Assembly (NCBI GenBank): GCA_016432345.1
Contig: CP066685.1
Coordinates: forward strand, 560,236 to 624,235
Direction of reading: 5' to 3'
DNA from: Candidatus Levyibacteriota bacterium
Lineage (GTDB): Bacteria; Patescibacteriota; Microgenomatia; Levybacterales; UBA12049
Length of the DNA stretch: 64,000 nucleotides
Under the pieces are notes generated by a model. The model saw only the letters and a list, made by a program, of their open reading frames with translations. It did no database searches and was not told the DNA's origin. A program made the position numbers and the translations under genes. Shown here one piece after another: positions 45,839-55,216 of this stretch; position 1 is the first letter of the stretch; each line of letters opens with the position of its first letter.

Positions 45839-46006
45839 ATGTTTGCTAACTGTAAAATGGGGAAAGTTTTTGTAACTGCTTTCCCTGATTTCGAAGAATT
45901 TAGAAAGCATACAAGTGGAATATCGTGGGAAACAGAGGTATGGATTGCTGAAAATCCCGATCATATGATTCACTACAATGGTGATCGCTTCATGGAACCA
46001 AGGTAA
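45839..46006 (+). CDS. Possible small protein (55 aa)
   Basis: Hand-found ORF MFANCKMGKVFVTAFPDFEEFRKHTSGISWETEVWIAENPDHMIHYNGDRFMEPR, below the track cutoff. It is followed 42 nt later by a good terminator hairpin. Confidence 0.35.
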   Translation: MFANCKMGKVFVTAFPDFEEFRKHTSGISWETEVWIAENPDHMIHYNGDRFMEPR

Positions 46007-46048
46007 TTTATTCTATATACTAGTTCATCTAGCAAAATTCTTACATTT

Positions 46049-46074
46049 AAGATAGCCTAAGCAGGCTATCTTTT
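46049..46074 (+). terminator. Rho-independent terminator
   Basis: AAGATAGCC-TAAGCA-GGCTATCTT (9-bp stem) running into TTTT. Confidence 0.6.
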
Positions 46075-46086
46075 ACATATGATTCG

Positions 46087-46317
46087 ATGGATTGCATTAT
46101 TAGATTTTTCATTTTATACTTTATTCAGTCTGAGCAAAAACCTGGCCAACAAGATTATAAAAGGGAATATGAGTATCATCATGATATGCTAGACCATAGT
46201 AGAGAGTTTGATAAATTAGTGGACTCAGTGCCGGAAGACAACACAAAAACTAGAGAAGCAATAAGAGGAATGTTTTATTCCAGACCAGATAAACTAATTG
46301 ATCCAGTGAAATTTTGA
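46087..46317 (+). CDS. Hypothetical small protein (76 aa)
   Basis: ORF from the track with a charged C-terminal half and no motif. Confidence 0.3.
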   Translation: MDCIIRFFILYFIQSEQKPGQQDYKREYEYHHDMLDHSREFDKLVDSVPEDNTKTREAIRGMFYSRPDKLIDPVKF

Positions 46318-46470
46318 AATTAAAACAAGAAGACCCGCCATTATTTGCAGAGGCGAATAAGGTTTATATGGATTACTTGAAGCAGTCCCTTGGGCTAGAG
46401 TGACTTTATAATTGATATTAAAATCCAACAATTTGACATCATGGGTAAAAGAAGCATACTTAATTGAGTT

Positions 46471-47793
46471 ATGGAACCAAAGTCAGAAGGTGCACCAAGA
46501 CAAGCAGAAAAAGCACAGGAACTAACCAAAGTCGGATTTAGCAAATTGGGACAATCCGATATTTTTGAAAGAGGCCCTTTTACCATCGGTGTTAATAACG
46601 ATGGCAGATATTCATTTTACCAGAACATGCAATCTAGACTAGCAATGGAAGCTATTACTGGAATTAAAGTTGCTACAACACAACCGTCAAATGCTCCTTG
46701 GTTAGCTGTCCTTGGAATGCATGAAAAGTGGGGAGAACACGTATCTATGGATGATCCTATTAGTGGATCCTCTATTAGTGGAGCACCCGGGAATGGAAAC
46801 GTTCCAGACTTTAGTGATATCTCGGGCAAAACCATGGAGCAACAGTTAACCGAAGCTGGTTTTACTAATGATAAACAAGGAGCGGGACTTTTTCAACGCA
46901 CATTCGGCAACGGAGAAAATACAGTAAATGTTATTGCTGTTGTTGAAGACGGAAAATTTAAAAAATTAATAAAGGAGAAAAGAATATATGATGATAGCTT
47001 ACTTGAAAAGATGGGATATGAAATAACAGGAGTTGGGGAAAATGAATTGTATGGTGGTCGTACAACACCTGTCCTAAGAGCAGAAAATGATGCATTAACA
47101 TTTGATATAGGATCTGGTGGAGGAACACTAAATGTAAAACTCAAGAGAGAATTAACGCCTGAAGAATTAGGAATTACTCCATTGCCAGAAACAGAACAAC
47201 CAGATGGATTTAGAATCGGAGGCGCAAATTCCACAGATACAATAAGAAGACTAACTACTATTAACGGTCAATCAATTGAAGAGTTAGAACGAAGGATGAG
47301 GCCAGCTTTAAGTATGGATAGACACTCTAACCTTCGTCCAACAGGTGGCATATCCATGGCTGGATTCTTAGGTCCTCAAGAGCGATTACTTGATGTTATG
47401 GCTGCCGACAATGATTATGTCCAATCACAGGGACTAACACATCAGGATTTAGCTAATCAGCTACGATATGCAGAGGAGCTTTATTTCAAACTTGGCGTCC
47501 TAGAATTTACATATCACGGTAGAAGATATGGCGTAAGCATTAAACAATGGCGCGGAATTCAAGATTCTCCCTTTAATGATGGGACAACAACCAATTCCGA
47601 CATACAAATTACCAATCTTGATACAGACACATCATTAAGCGCATCCCTTTTATTGCCAGATATGATAGAACGGTATGGGTTTTATGAAGGAAAGGGTGCT
47701 TCTTATAGACTTGCCCCAGAACAGATTATTGAAGTTTTCGATTTTTTAAAGGAAGAAGGACAACAAAGAGTTCAATGGCCAACGAAGGGTTGA
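46471..47793 (+). CDS. Hypothetical protein (440 aa), no recognisable domain
   Basis: Long ORF with normal amino-acid composition and no TM or signal peptide. It is the first of four co-directional unknown ORFs. Confidence 0.6.
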   Translation: MEPKSEGAPRQAEKAQELTKVGFSKLGQSDIFERGPFTIGVNNDGRYSFYQNMQSRLAMEAITGIKVATTQPSNAPWLAVLGMHEKWGEHVSMDDPISGSSISGAPGNGNVPDFSDISGKTMEQQLTEAGFTNDKQGAGLFQRTFGNGENTVNVIAVVEDGKFKKLIKEKRIYDDSLLEKMGYEITGVGENELYGGRTTPVLRAENDALTFDIGSGGGTLNVKLKRELTPEELGITPLPETEQPDGFRIGGANSTDTIRRLTTINGQSIEELERRMRPALSMDRHSNLRPTGGISMAGFLGPQERLLDVMAADNDYVQSQGLTHQDLANQLRYAEELYFKLGVLEFTYHGRRYGVSIKQWRGIQDSPFNDGTTTNSDIQITNLDTDTSLSASLLLPDMIERYGFYEGKGASYRLAPEQIIEVFDFLKEEGQQRVQWPTKG

Positions 47794-47815
47794 CTTTTCC
47801 ACGCTGCATTGGTAC

Positions 47816-47881
47816 TTATATATGTTACTTAGAATAAAATTATTGAAAATAGCGACTTGCCGAAGGCAAGTAAAATATTAA
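47816..47881 (+). repeat. 66-nt intergenic repeat, copy A, with conserved hairpin
   Basis: It aligns by hand to 58500-58564 (59 of 66 columns identical). The hairpin is ACTTGCC-GAA-GGCAAGT at 47855-47871. Confidence 0.85.
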
Positions 47882-47907
47882 TCAATAATATGCTAAAATT
47901 TTAACCA

Positions 47908-48582
47908 ATGGAAGCTGACGAACAAACTAAACCATTTAATTCATTTAAAGAGTATCTACAAGCGGATCCTCAGGGAGCAAGGGCTGCTCTTGCTTACGAT
48001 TCTTATGCTCTTTTATGTGGTCTCGATAGAGATAAATTTTGGGATGAGCAAGTTTATAACAATCTAAAACAAGTATTGGGAGTAGAAAATCCTGTTATGC
48101 ATGCAGGAGTGCATCTTTTAACTGTTGTAGAACAACGTAGGCATGAGGAAGTAGGTGGACGTAGTCCAGGATCAACTTCTGAATATGCATTTATTGCTAG
48201 AAGACAAAATGAAAGATATAGGAAAGAGCTTGAAGATTGGAAACAGGCAGAGCCAGAGGAGTATGAAAAAGCAAAAGAATTAATAGATGCTATTGCAGAG
48301 GGGAGATTAGAACTATTTGACCAAGCAAGAGTAAAACAGATACTGCACAGTTCAATTTATCATTTCCCTGGAATTGCACTAAGCTACAAAATATACAAAA
48401 ATCAAGAAACCGTCCAAGTATATGAAGAAGAATTAGCCAAAAAGAAGGCAACAGCTGCTCCTGTCCCATCTAGAGAAGGTAAAAGTGCTCGGGAAAGATA
48501 CCAGGAATACCTAAAACAACAAAATCTAGGATCTATTGGTACTTCAGATCAAACTTCTCCCGAGGAAGGTAAAAAAACTTAA
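47908..48582 (+). CDS. Hypothetical protein (224 aa)
   Basis: ORF with a charged, helical-looking sequence and no motif. Confidence 0.55.
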   Translation: MEADEQTKPFNSFKEYLQADPQGARAALAYDSYALLCGLDRDKFWDEQVYNNLKQVLGVENPVMHAGVHLLTVVEQRRHEEVGGRSPGSTSEYAFIARRQNERYRKELEDWKQAEPEEYEKAKELIDAIAEGRLELFDQARVKQILHSSIYHFPGIALSYKIYKNQETVQVYEEELAKKKATAAPVPSREGKSARERYQEYLKQQNLGSIGTSDQTSPEEGKKT

Positions 48583-48602
48583 AATGGTCTATAATTAACC
48601 AT

Positions 48603-49055
48603 ATGTCAGTAGAAGGAGAACGACAAAATTCAGGGGAAAGTTTAGAAGATCAATATAAAGAAGTAACTGTCTTGCCTTTTGATCAGGTAAAAAGAGGCAG
48701 TGAAATTCTGGTTTTTACCGGACGTACCCTTGAAGAAGTAAAAGATATTCCTGATTATACGATTAAAGTTGTGGGTATTAGAAAAAATGGACTATTAGTC
48801 CAGGTATCTCCTGCTTATAAAGGAATGGGAGGAGATTTTACAGCCAGAATGCCAGGAAGCTTTAGAGGAATTTATCCTGACGTTTCAAGAAATTCTTTAG
48901 ATTATACCCCTGGTGTAAATAATGGTGTATTAGAAGTGGCAGATGAGAAAGTAGCAAGTATGCTCCATTTTGAAAACCTCAAAGATTTGGATGGTGAAAG
49001 AATGGCTAAATCAAGTACAACATCTCCAATCAGAAAAATACTTTTTAAAACATAA
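48603..49055 (+). CDS. Hypothetical protein (150 aa)
   Basis: ORF with no recognisable motif. TATAAT (48590-48595) lies 7 nt upstream of the ATG. Confidence 0.55.
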   Translation: MSVEGERQNSGESLEDQYKEVTVLPFDQVKRGSEILVFTGRTLEEVKDIPDYTIKVVGIRKNGLLVQVSPAYKGMGGDFTARMPGSFRGIYPDVSRNSLDYTPGVNNGVLEVADEKVASMLHFENLKDLDGERMAKSSTTSPIRKILFKT

Positions 49056-49285
49056 AGTATAACCCGTCCAGATTATTTACAATTAAATGATCCAGATTAT
49101 CTTGATGAAGCTACAAATGATTGCTTGCTCAGGATTTAGAAGCTGCTAAGGAAGCAGGACTGACAGAAGTTGCTGGAAAGATTCAGACAAAAATAGATGA
49201 TATTGAGAGAATCCGTAATGCTTTTGGCTCATAAAGCCTACCCTATAGTTGTTAAATAGCTAAAAAAGAGTATAATGCAGTCACC

Positions 49286-51274
49286 ATGGTACCCGATATT
49301 CAACCTTGGAGGCCAAACCTACCTGAGTCAGGAATAAAACCTACAGAAAGATTGAATGCCACTCAAAAAGCGGATGTTATTAGGATGTCTCGCGTTGAAG
49401 CTATCCTTCAAGAAACACTTGCTCAAGAAGGAATGCCAAATGCTGTATCGGGAGAAATTTGGAGAAACGAAGAAGATGCAACTTTTATTCTGTGGACAAA
49501 AAATCATGGGTTTTTTATTCAGTGGCAAGGTCCAGCAACATATCTTCAAGTAAAAGAAGTAATTAAATCTTATGGTGAAGATACTGTAGAATTTTTCTCT
49601 CATTTTCCGAAAAGCTCTGAATATACAAACCCCCAATTGCGTCCGGTTACAAATAGAATAAAGGCAGCCGTTGTGGCTGAACCGACCCCTGAAGAATTAC
49701 AAAGACTACCTGAAATTTTAGCAGCTAACCATAGAAGGGTGTCAGAAGCCTTTCTTTTCCAAATCAGAGAAGCTGTATCTAAAGGTGAGATATGGGGCAT
49801 TCCCCGCGATTTAGAATCTGCAAAAGAAAATGCTAGAGAAGCCGGAATAAGTATTGATCCTCAATTGGAACATGATATTTTTCAAGCATATCATCTTAGA
49901 AGAAGACAATTGGATTTTGCACAGTTACCAAAAATAAGAGGTGATGTTATGAGAAGAATGGATCCTTTTGTAGACCGAATTATTGAATCAGATGATTTTT
50001 TGGGAGAGGAACATCCAGACATTGTTAAAAGCTATGCTGGTAGAGCTGCCTTGCAAGCACTAAGAATAATTAGAGATTACACCCCTTTAGGATTTAACGA
50101 TAAAGATAGTGCAAGAGCCAGGATAAGGCAGTTTGAACTCTGGGAAGGAAAAGCTCTAAAATGGGCAAACGCTGCTGGAATAGATATTACTCAACAATTA
50201 GAAGCATTAAGAACTGTTGTGAATTCAGAGACGCAGGAGGCTTTAAAACCGATCCACAGAAGGATTTTAGATAGAGTCCAGAGAACACTTACGGGAGAGG
50301 TTGCTCAACCCAGAGCATTGGTTCCTAAACCAGACTTGGGTCCAGAAGATAAAGAAATAGAGCCAGCTTATCAGGATGATATCTCTGTTCTGATAAAAAC
50401 AAATAAAGGAAGGATTATTGGAGCGCAGTTAAGAAATGATAAGACTAATCAAGATTTTAGAATTGTGTTTCCGCTTAACTCATTTTCCCAAGAAGAAATT
50501 TTAGCAGCTTTAGATAAAACATTTCCTGGGGCAGAAGTTTATCATTCAACTCCCGATTTTCTACCCACCCAAGAAAAAACAACTGACGTATCGGACAGAA
50601 AATTTGCTGGTATTAGAATACCTTTAAAAGAAGAAAAACCTGTAGGTGGATCCAGGGTAAGAGCATTGTGGTTAACTGTTAGAGACGGAGCAACGCACTC
50701 TTTTGGTGCCGATACTCTAGCTTCTCCCAATGGGCCGATTGAGAATTTCTACTTTCCATATGACTCTTTAAATATAAAGATTGAAGGGGAATTTGATACA
50801 ACAGGCACATACGTATTGGGAGATGGATGGGTATTGCATCCTGCGTATCACCCCCTAACTGAGGCAGAATGGTCCCAAATGCATCAGAAGTTAGGAACCA
50901 TTCTCGAGCATTTATTTGAAAGTGGAAACGTCGTTACGGATTCAATTACTTCTATGAGTATCCATCCAGGTTCAGGTTCTCCACTGAGACCTGAGGAGTT
51001 TACAAAAAAGGCAGGATATCATTTAGAAAAAGCACAGCAGCAAATAACTGTTGAAGATGGTAATAATCTAAAGACTACAGAGAAACCAACAGTCGATTAC
51101 CCAAATCGGGAAGCTGGTAAATTTGTTTTTCAAGATGGAGAAAATCAGTTTGGGATTATAAATAGAAGAAATGGATATTTAATTAGCGATCTGTATACCT
51201 TAGTTAAGTTTTATCCTGAGGGATTACACTTTAATGAATTAACTCAAGAAATAGAAAAGTTAAGAGTAATGTAA
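49286..51274 (+). CDS. Hypothetical protein (662 aa), no recognisable domain
   Basis: Long ORF with no recognisable motif. TATAAT (49271-49276) lies 9 nt upstream of the ATG. Confidence 0.6.
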   Translation: MVPDIQPWRPNLPESGIKPTERLNATQKADVIRMSRVEAILQETLAQEGMPNAVSGEIWRNEEDATFILWTKNHGFFIQWQGPATYLQVKEVIKSYGEDTVEFFSHFPKSSEYTNPQLRPVTNRIKAAVVAEPTPEELQRLPEILAANHRRVSEAFLFQIREAVSKGEIWGIPRDLESAKENAREAGISIDPQLEHDIFQAYHLRRRQLDFAQLPKIRGDVMRRMDPFVDRIIESDDFLGEEHPDIVKSYAGRAALQALRIIRDYTPLGFNDKDSARARIRQFELWEGKALKWANAAGIDITQQLEALRTVVNSETQEALKPIHRRILDRVQRTLTGEVAQPRALVPKPDLGPEDKEIEPAYQDDISVLIKTNKGRIIGAQLRNDKTNQDFRIVFPLNSFSQEEILAALDKTFPGAEVYHSTPDFLPTQEKTTDVSDRKFAGIRIPLKEEKPVGGSRVRALWLTVRDGATHSFGADTLASPNGPIENFYFPYDSLNIKIEGEFDTTGTYVLGDGWVLHPAYHPLTEAEWSQMHQKLGTILEHLFESGNVVTDSITSMSIHPGSGSPLRPEEFTKKAGYHLEKAQQQITVEDGNNLKTTEKPTVDYPNREAGKFVFQDGENQFGIINRRNGYLISDLYTLVKFYPEGLHFNELTQEIEKLRVM

Positions 51275-51547
51275 TGTTATCATTTAGAGTTGAAGTTTAA
51301 AGGCCAAACATAAAACAATATGTACAAACAGCAGAAGTTAATATAATTATGTAGTCTTTGTAAGAATATTTTTATTATTGCAAGATGTCGGAATACTGGG
51401 GTTAAGTATACTATTTTAACTGCTGTATGGTTTTGGTCGGTAATAATTAAGGCTTTAGCTTTACTTAAAACCTAAAAACAAAGTCATGATATAATCCAAG
51501 TCAGATTCTGCTCATTTAATCTACTGCCTATGCTGTCCTAAAAGTAT

Positions 51548-54238
51548 ATGGCGCAAACTAATTTTTCTGAAGCTTTTCCTTCATACTTAAAACCTTTATC
51601 TCAACTTCACCTATCTGTTGTTGCTATCATTGGAATCTCAATAGGAATTGCTATCTCCTTTGTTGTTGGGTGGCTTTACCTGATATATTTAAAACTTCGA
51701 AATGCTCATAATCAAAAATACACTCTTTTAGAAATCAAACCAACCAATAAAACGTTAAAATCTCCGCTTTCTACTACACAGTTGTATACAGTACTCCATT
51801 CTCTGGTAGAAGGAGAATCAGGATTTTTATATACCACTCACAAAAGCATTAGTTTAGAAATAGCTTCTACGAAAGAGGATGGGATCAGATTTATTGTCAG
51901 AGTTCCTCAAAAAGAAGCAGGGATAGTTACCAAAAATGTTTATTCATATCTACCTGGAGTTGAGATTAACCAAATTGATGATTATTTCTCACTTAAGCTT
52001 TTTGATATTGATTCTTTTGACCATGTAGGAGTGCAGGAGATGAGACTGACAAACTCCTATCTTCTGCCTCTTGATAACCAGGATTCGCTAGGACAAGTTG
52101 ATCCTATTGCATATATCACAGGACAAATGACACAACTGGTAGAAAATGAATTAGTAGTAGCTCAATTTATCGCCACACCTATTCACAAATCAACTCATGG
52201 CAGTGCTACAGACATAATCAGTCAAGCACAAAAAAGATTAGAGGATAATTTAGATATTTCAGATCTTATTAATAAAACGAAATATAGCTCTATTACGCGT
52301 TTTTTTAATTATTTCATAAACTCCATTATTGTTGATCATGGTGGAGCTGCTGCTGGGTACGTATTAAACCAATGTCTTTCTCTATTTTTAAATATCGAGA
52401 ACAAATCAGATTCTCACTCTAAAAAACCAAAACATAAACAGATTAGTGAACTTGGGGCTCATAAACAAAAGCAGTTTCAAGCTGTTTCCCAAAAAATTAC
52501 CCAACCGTTATTTGATACCACTGTTCGGTTTGTTATCTATACTCCTCACAAAGAAACTATTAAGGATAGATTAAGAGGCATGGTTTCAGGTTTTGAAACC
52601 TCCCAGTCTGACTATCAAAAACTGAAAAAAGGGATGTACCTTAGATCATTCCTAGAAATTAGACGGTTAAATAAGTTTTATTTAATGTTACTCAAAGACC
52701 GTTTACCCTTAAGTTTTAACAGTGTTATTCTATCTGCTTCAGAACTTTCTTCTTTATATCATCTGCCCTATACAATCACCACCAAAACAGAAGATATTGC
52801 CAAAAATTTCTACAACGAGCTGCCAGCTCCGCTTTCTTTAAAGCAAAACGCAAACTTAGATATTGTATTTGCCAAAAACACCTATGGAGGAGTAGTTACC
52901 CCTATTGGAGTAACAAAGCTTGAACGGACTGGACATTTTTTTGTGATTGGTCAAACGAGAAGTGGAAAAACCAACATGATCAAACAAATGATTATTCAAG
53001 ATATTCAAAAAGGGAGAGGGGTGGTACTGGTTGATCCTCATGGAGATTTAGCCAAGGAACTAATTCCTTTTATTCCAGAAGAACGAATCAATGATTTTAT
53101 GTATTTTAATCCACGGGATATTAAACACCCGATGGGGATTAACTTATTGCAGCTTTCCAATATTGACGATGAGGATGAGAAGGAACTGGAAAAAGATATT
53201 GTTTCAGAAAGCGCGATTTCTATTTTACGAAAAATCTTTACCGATAAATCTTCAACCAATGCCTTTAAAATTGAATCAATTTTAAGAAACACCATTCACA
53301 CTGCTTTTTTAACCAAAGATCCGACACTTTTTACTATTTTTGATTTATTAAATAATCCAGAAATCAGATCCCAGGCTTTACAAAAAATAACTGACCCAAG
53401 ACTGATGGATTTTTGGCGGGAAGAATTTGGCAACTCTGGGGATTGGCAACGGGTAAAAATGGTAACTCCAGTTAATGCTCGTATTGGCAGATTTTTATTC
53501 TCTCCTATTATGAAAAGGGTTTTAGAGCAGAAAAAATCTACCATTAATTTTGATGATTTGTTAAACAACGAAAAAATCCTCATCTGTAATTTATCGAAAG
53601 GTGATATTTCTGAAGATAATTGTGAAGTCTTGGGAACGTTAATTATTACTAAAGTGAGACAAGCTGCGGAGAAAAGATCTTTAATGGATCCAAAAGATAG
53701 AAAGCCATTGTATTTATATGTTGATGAGTTTCAAAACTTTGCTACTCCTTCATTTGTAAAGATGCTTTCAGAACTTGGGAAATTTGGTATCAATATTATT
53801 ATTGTTGAACAATCAACCTCACAACAAGCAGATAGAACTCTCACAAATGTTATTTTGGCTAATACTGGTAATGTGATTACTTTCAAAACTGCTAACCCTA
53901 TTGATGAGGACTTAATGCTTGCCCAATTTTCTCCTGATGCGGAAAAAGGTCATATTCCTAATTTGCCAAGATATCACTTTTATATGAAGAAAGGTGCAGT
54001 TGAGCCGGAAGCACCTTTTTCTGGAATAACCGATCCAGTAGAGATAAAAGAAGATAAAGAAAAAGTAGAGCGGTTTATTGAAGCTTCAAGAAAAAACTAT
54101 GCAATAGAATACAAAAAGCCAGAACCTGCCCCTATTGTTGCGCCTCAAACACCACCTGCAAATAACCATAAATCCTTTAAACCAAAAAATACCGCTCCTA
54201 AAAATATAGTGGTAAAACCGTCTAAATACCTGGGTTGA
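51548..54238 (+). CDS. Type IV coupling protein-like / TraD-VirD4-HerA-type DNA-transfer ATPase
   Basis: 896 aa with an N-terminal TM (IIGISIGIAISFVVGWLYLIYL), the Walker A GQTRSGKT and the Walker B LYLYVDEFQNF. A Pro-rich tail ends the protein. Confidence 0.7.
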   Translation: MAQTNFSEAFPSYLKPLSQLHLSVVAIIGISIGIAISFVVGWLYLIYLKLRNAHNQKYTLLEIKPTNKTLKSPLSTTQLYTVLHSLVEGESGFLYTTHKSISLEIASTKEDGIRFIVRVPQKEAGIVTKNVYSYLPGVEINQIDDYFSLKLFDIDSFDHVGVQEMRLTNSYLLPLDNQDSLGQVDPIAYITGQMTQLVENELVVAQFIATPIHKSTHGSATDIISQAQKRLEDNLDISDLINKTKYSSITRFFNYFINSIIVDHGGAAAGYVLNQCLSLFLNIENKSDSHSKKPKHKQISELGAHKQKQFQAVSQKITQPLFDTTVRFVIYTPHKETIKDRLRGMVSGFETSQSDYQKLKKGMYLRSFLEIRRLNKFYLMLLKDRLPLSFNSVILSASELSSLYHLPYTITTKTEDIAKNFYNELPAPLSLKQNANLDIVFAKNTYGGVVTPIGVTKLERTGHFFVIGQTRSGKTNMIKQMIIQDIQKGRGVVLVDPHGDLAKELIPFIPEERINDFMYFNPRDIKHPMGINLLQLSNIDDEDEKELEKDIVSESAISILRKIFTDKSSTNAFKIESILRNTIHTAFLTKDPTLFTIFDLLNNPEIRSQALQKITDPRLMDFWREEFGNSGDWQRVKMVTPVNARIGRFLFSPIMKRVLEQKKSTINFDDLLNNEKILICNLSKGDISEDNCEVLGTLIITKVRQAAEKRSLMDPKDRKPLYLYVDEFQNFATPSFVKMLSELGKFGINIIIVEQSTSQQADRTLTNVILANTGNVITFKTANPIDEDLMLAQFSPDAEKGHIPNLPRYHFYMKKGAVEPEAPFSGITDPVEIKEDKEKVERFIEASRKNYAIEYKKPEPAPIVAPQTPPANNHKSFKPKNTAPKNIVVKPSKYLG

Positions 54239-54321
54239 TAGATGAATTTCAATATCAATCGTTTGATACTGGAAAACAATAAAAATGAAGCTAAAAAGTT
54301 ACATTTCACTCCTTATATACT

Positions 54322-54343
54322 CTTAATATATAAATATATTAAG
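54322..54343. promoter_or_regulatory. Perfect 22-bp palindrome upstream of the replication-relaxation-like gene (candidate operator or oriT repeat)
   Basis: CTTAATATAT-AA-ATATATTAAG, 14 nt upstream of ATG 54358. It is AT-rich, so the statistical weight is modest. Confidence 0.35.
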
Positions 54344-54357
54344 GGAAAGAGAACTTT

Positions 54358-55179
54358 ATGGAAAAACTAAAGAAAACTACACAACCTTTATCTAATCATC
54401 AAGAACGATTAAATCCATTCCTAGAACAAATACTGATCTTTATTTACAAATTCCGCTACTTATCCAGACCTCAAATACAAAAACTTATGAACCACAAACA
54501 TCACCACACTATTATGCTCTGGCTTAACTATTTAGTAAGTAACAAATACTTAAGAAAATACATTGACTCAAAATACAAAATAGAATCAGCCTACTTTTCA
54601 CTGGGGACAATGGCGAGAAAATATTTTTTAAAGACTGCTGAAATCCAGGATATCAATTATCCTAAACTGGATCGTGTTTGGAAAGAAAATAGTTATTCAG
54701 AAAGTTTTAAAAAACACTGTATGTTTTTAGCACATATTTATCTTTCTCTTCTTGATTTAGTCAAATCAGTTGATGAAGGAAAAGGTAAACTGCATTATTT
54801 TTCTAATGCTGACTTAGAAGGGGTCGAGCATATGATTTATCCTTTGCCGGATGCATACTTTACTATTGAGGATAAAGATGGTGCTATTGAGCGTTACTTT
54901 CTTGATGTGTTTTATGATTACACCAGATGGGGTGATATGGAAAAAAGAGTCAAACAATATCTTAATTACTGCAATAAACAAACCTGGCAGTTATATATGA
55001 AACATGATTTTCCAAAAGTGATTTTAGTTTGCCCTAAACCAATATCAAAAAATAACTTGGAAGAATATATTCAAAAGATGTATAAAGAAAAAGGTAAAAG
55101 AGTTGCTTTTTATTTAAGCACAAAAGAAGAGATACGATACCAGGGTATGAATAGCAGAACTTTACATGAAGTAAAATAA
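54358..55179 (+). CDS. Replication-relaxation family-like protein
   Basis: 273 aa with a winged-helix-like N-terminus ILIFIYKFRYLSRPQIQKLM...MLWLNYLVSNKYL. It is adjacent to the coupling ATPase, as in Gram-positive elements. From memory of PF13814, not searched. Confidence 0.5.
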   Translation: MEKLKKTTQPLSNHQERLNPFLEQILIFIYKFRYLSRPQIQKLMNHKHHHTIMLWLNYLVSNKYLRKYIDSKYKIESAYFSLGTMARKYFLKTAEIQDINYPKLDRVWKENSYSESFKKHCMFLAHIYLSLLDLVKSVDEGKGKLHYFSNADLEGVEHMIYPLPDAYFTIEDKDGAIERYFLDVFYDYTRWGDMEKRVKQYLNYCNKQTWQLYMKHDFPKVILVCPKPISKNNLEEYIQKMYKEKGKRVAFYLSTKEEIRYQGMNSRTLHEVK

Positions 55180-55211
55180 ACCTGCCGCTTGGATCTGACA
55201 AACGGCAGGTT
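55179..55211 (-). terminator. Terminator of the DUF2958-like gene
   Basis: AACCTGCCG (55179-55187) / CGGCAGGTT (55203-55211) form a 9-bp stem. On the minus strand it is followed by TATTTTAC. Confidence 0.5.
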
Positions 55212-55216
55212 AAAGC

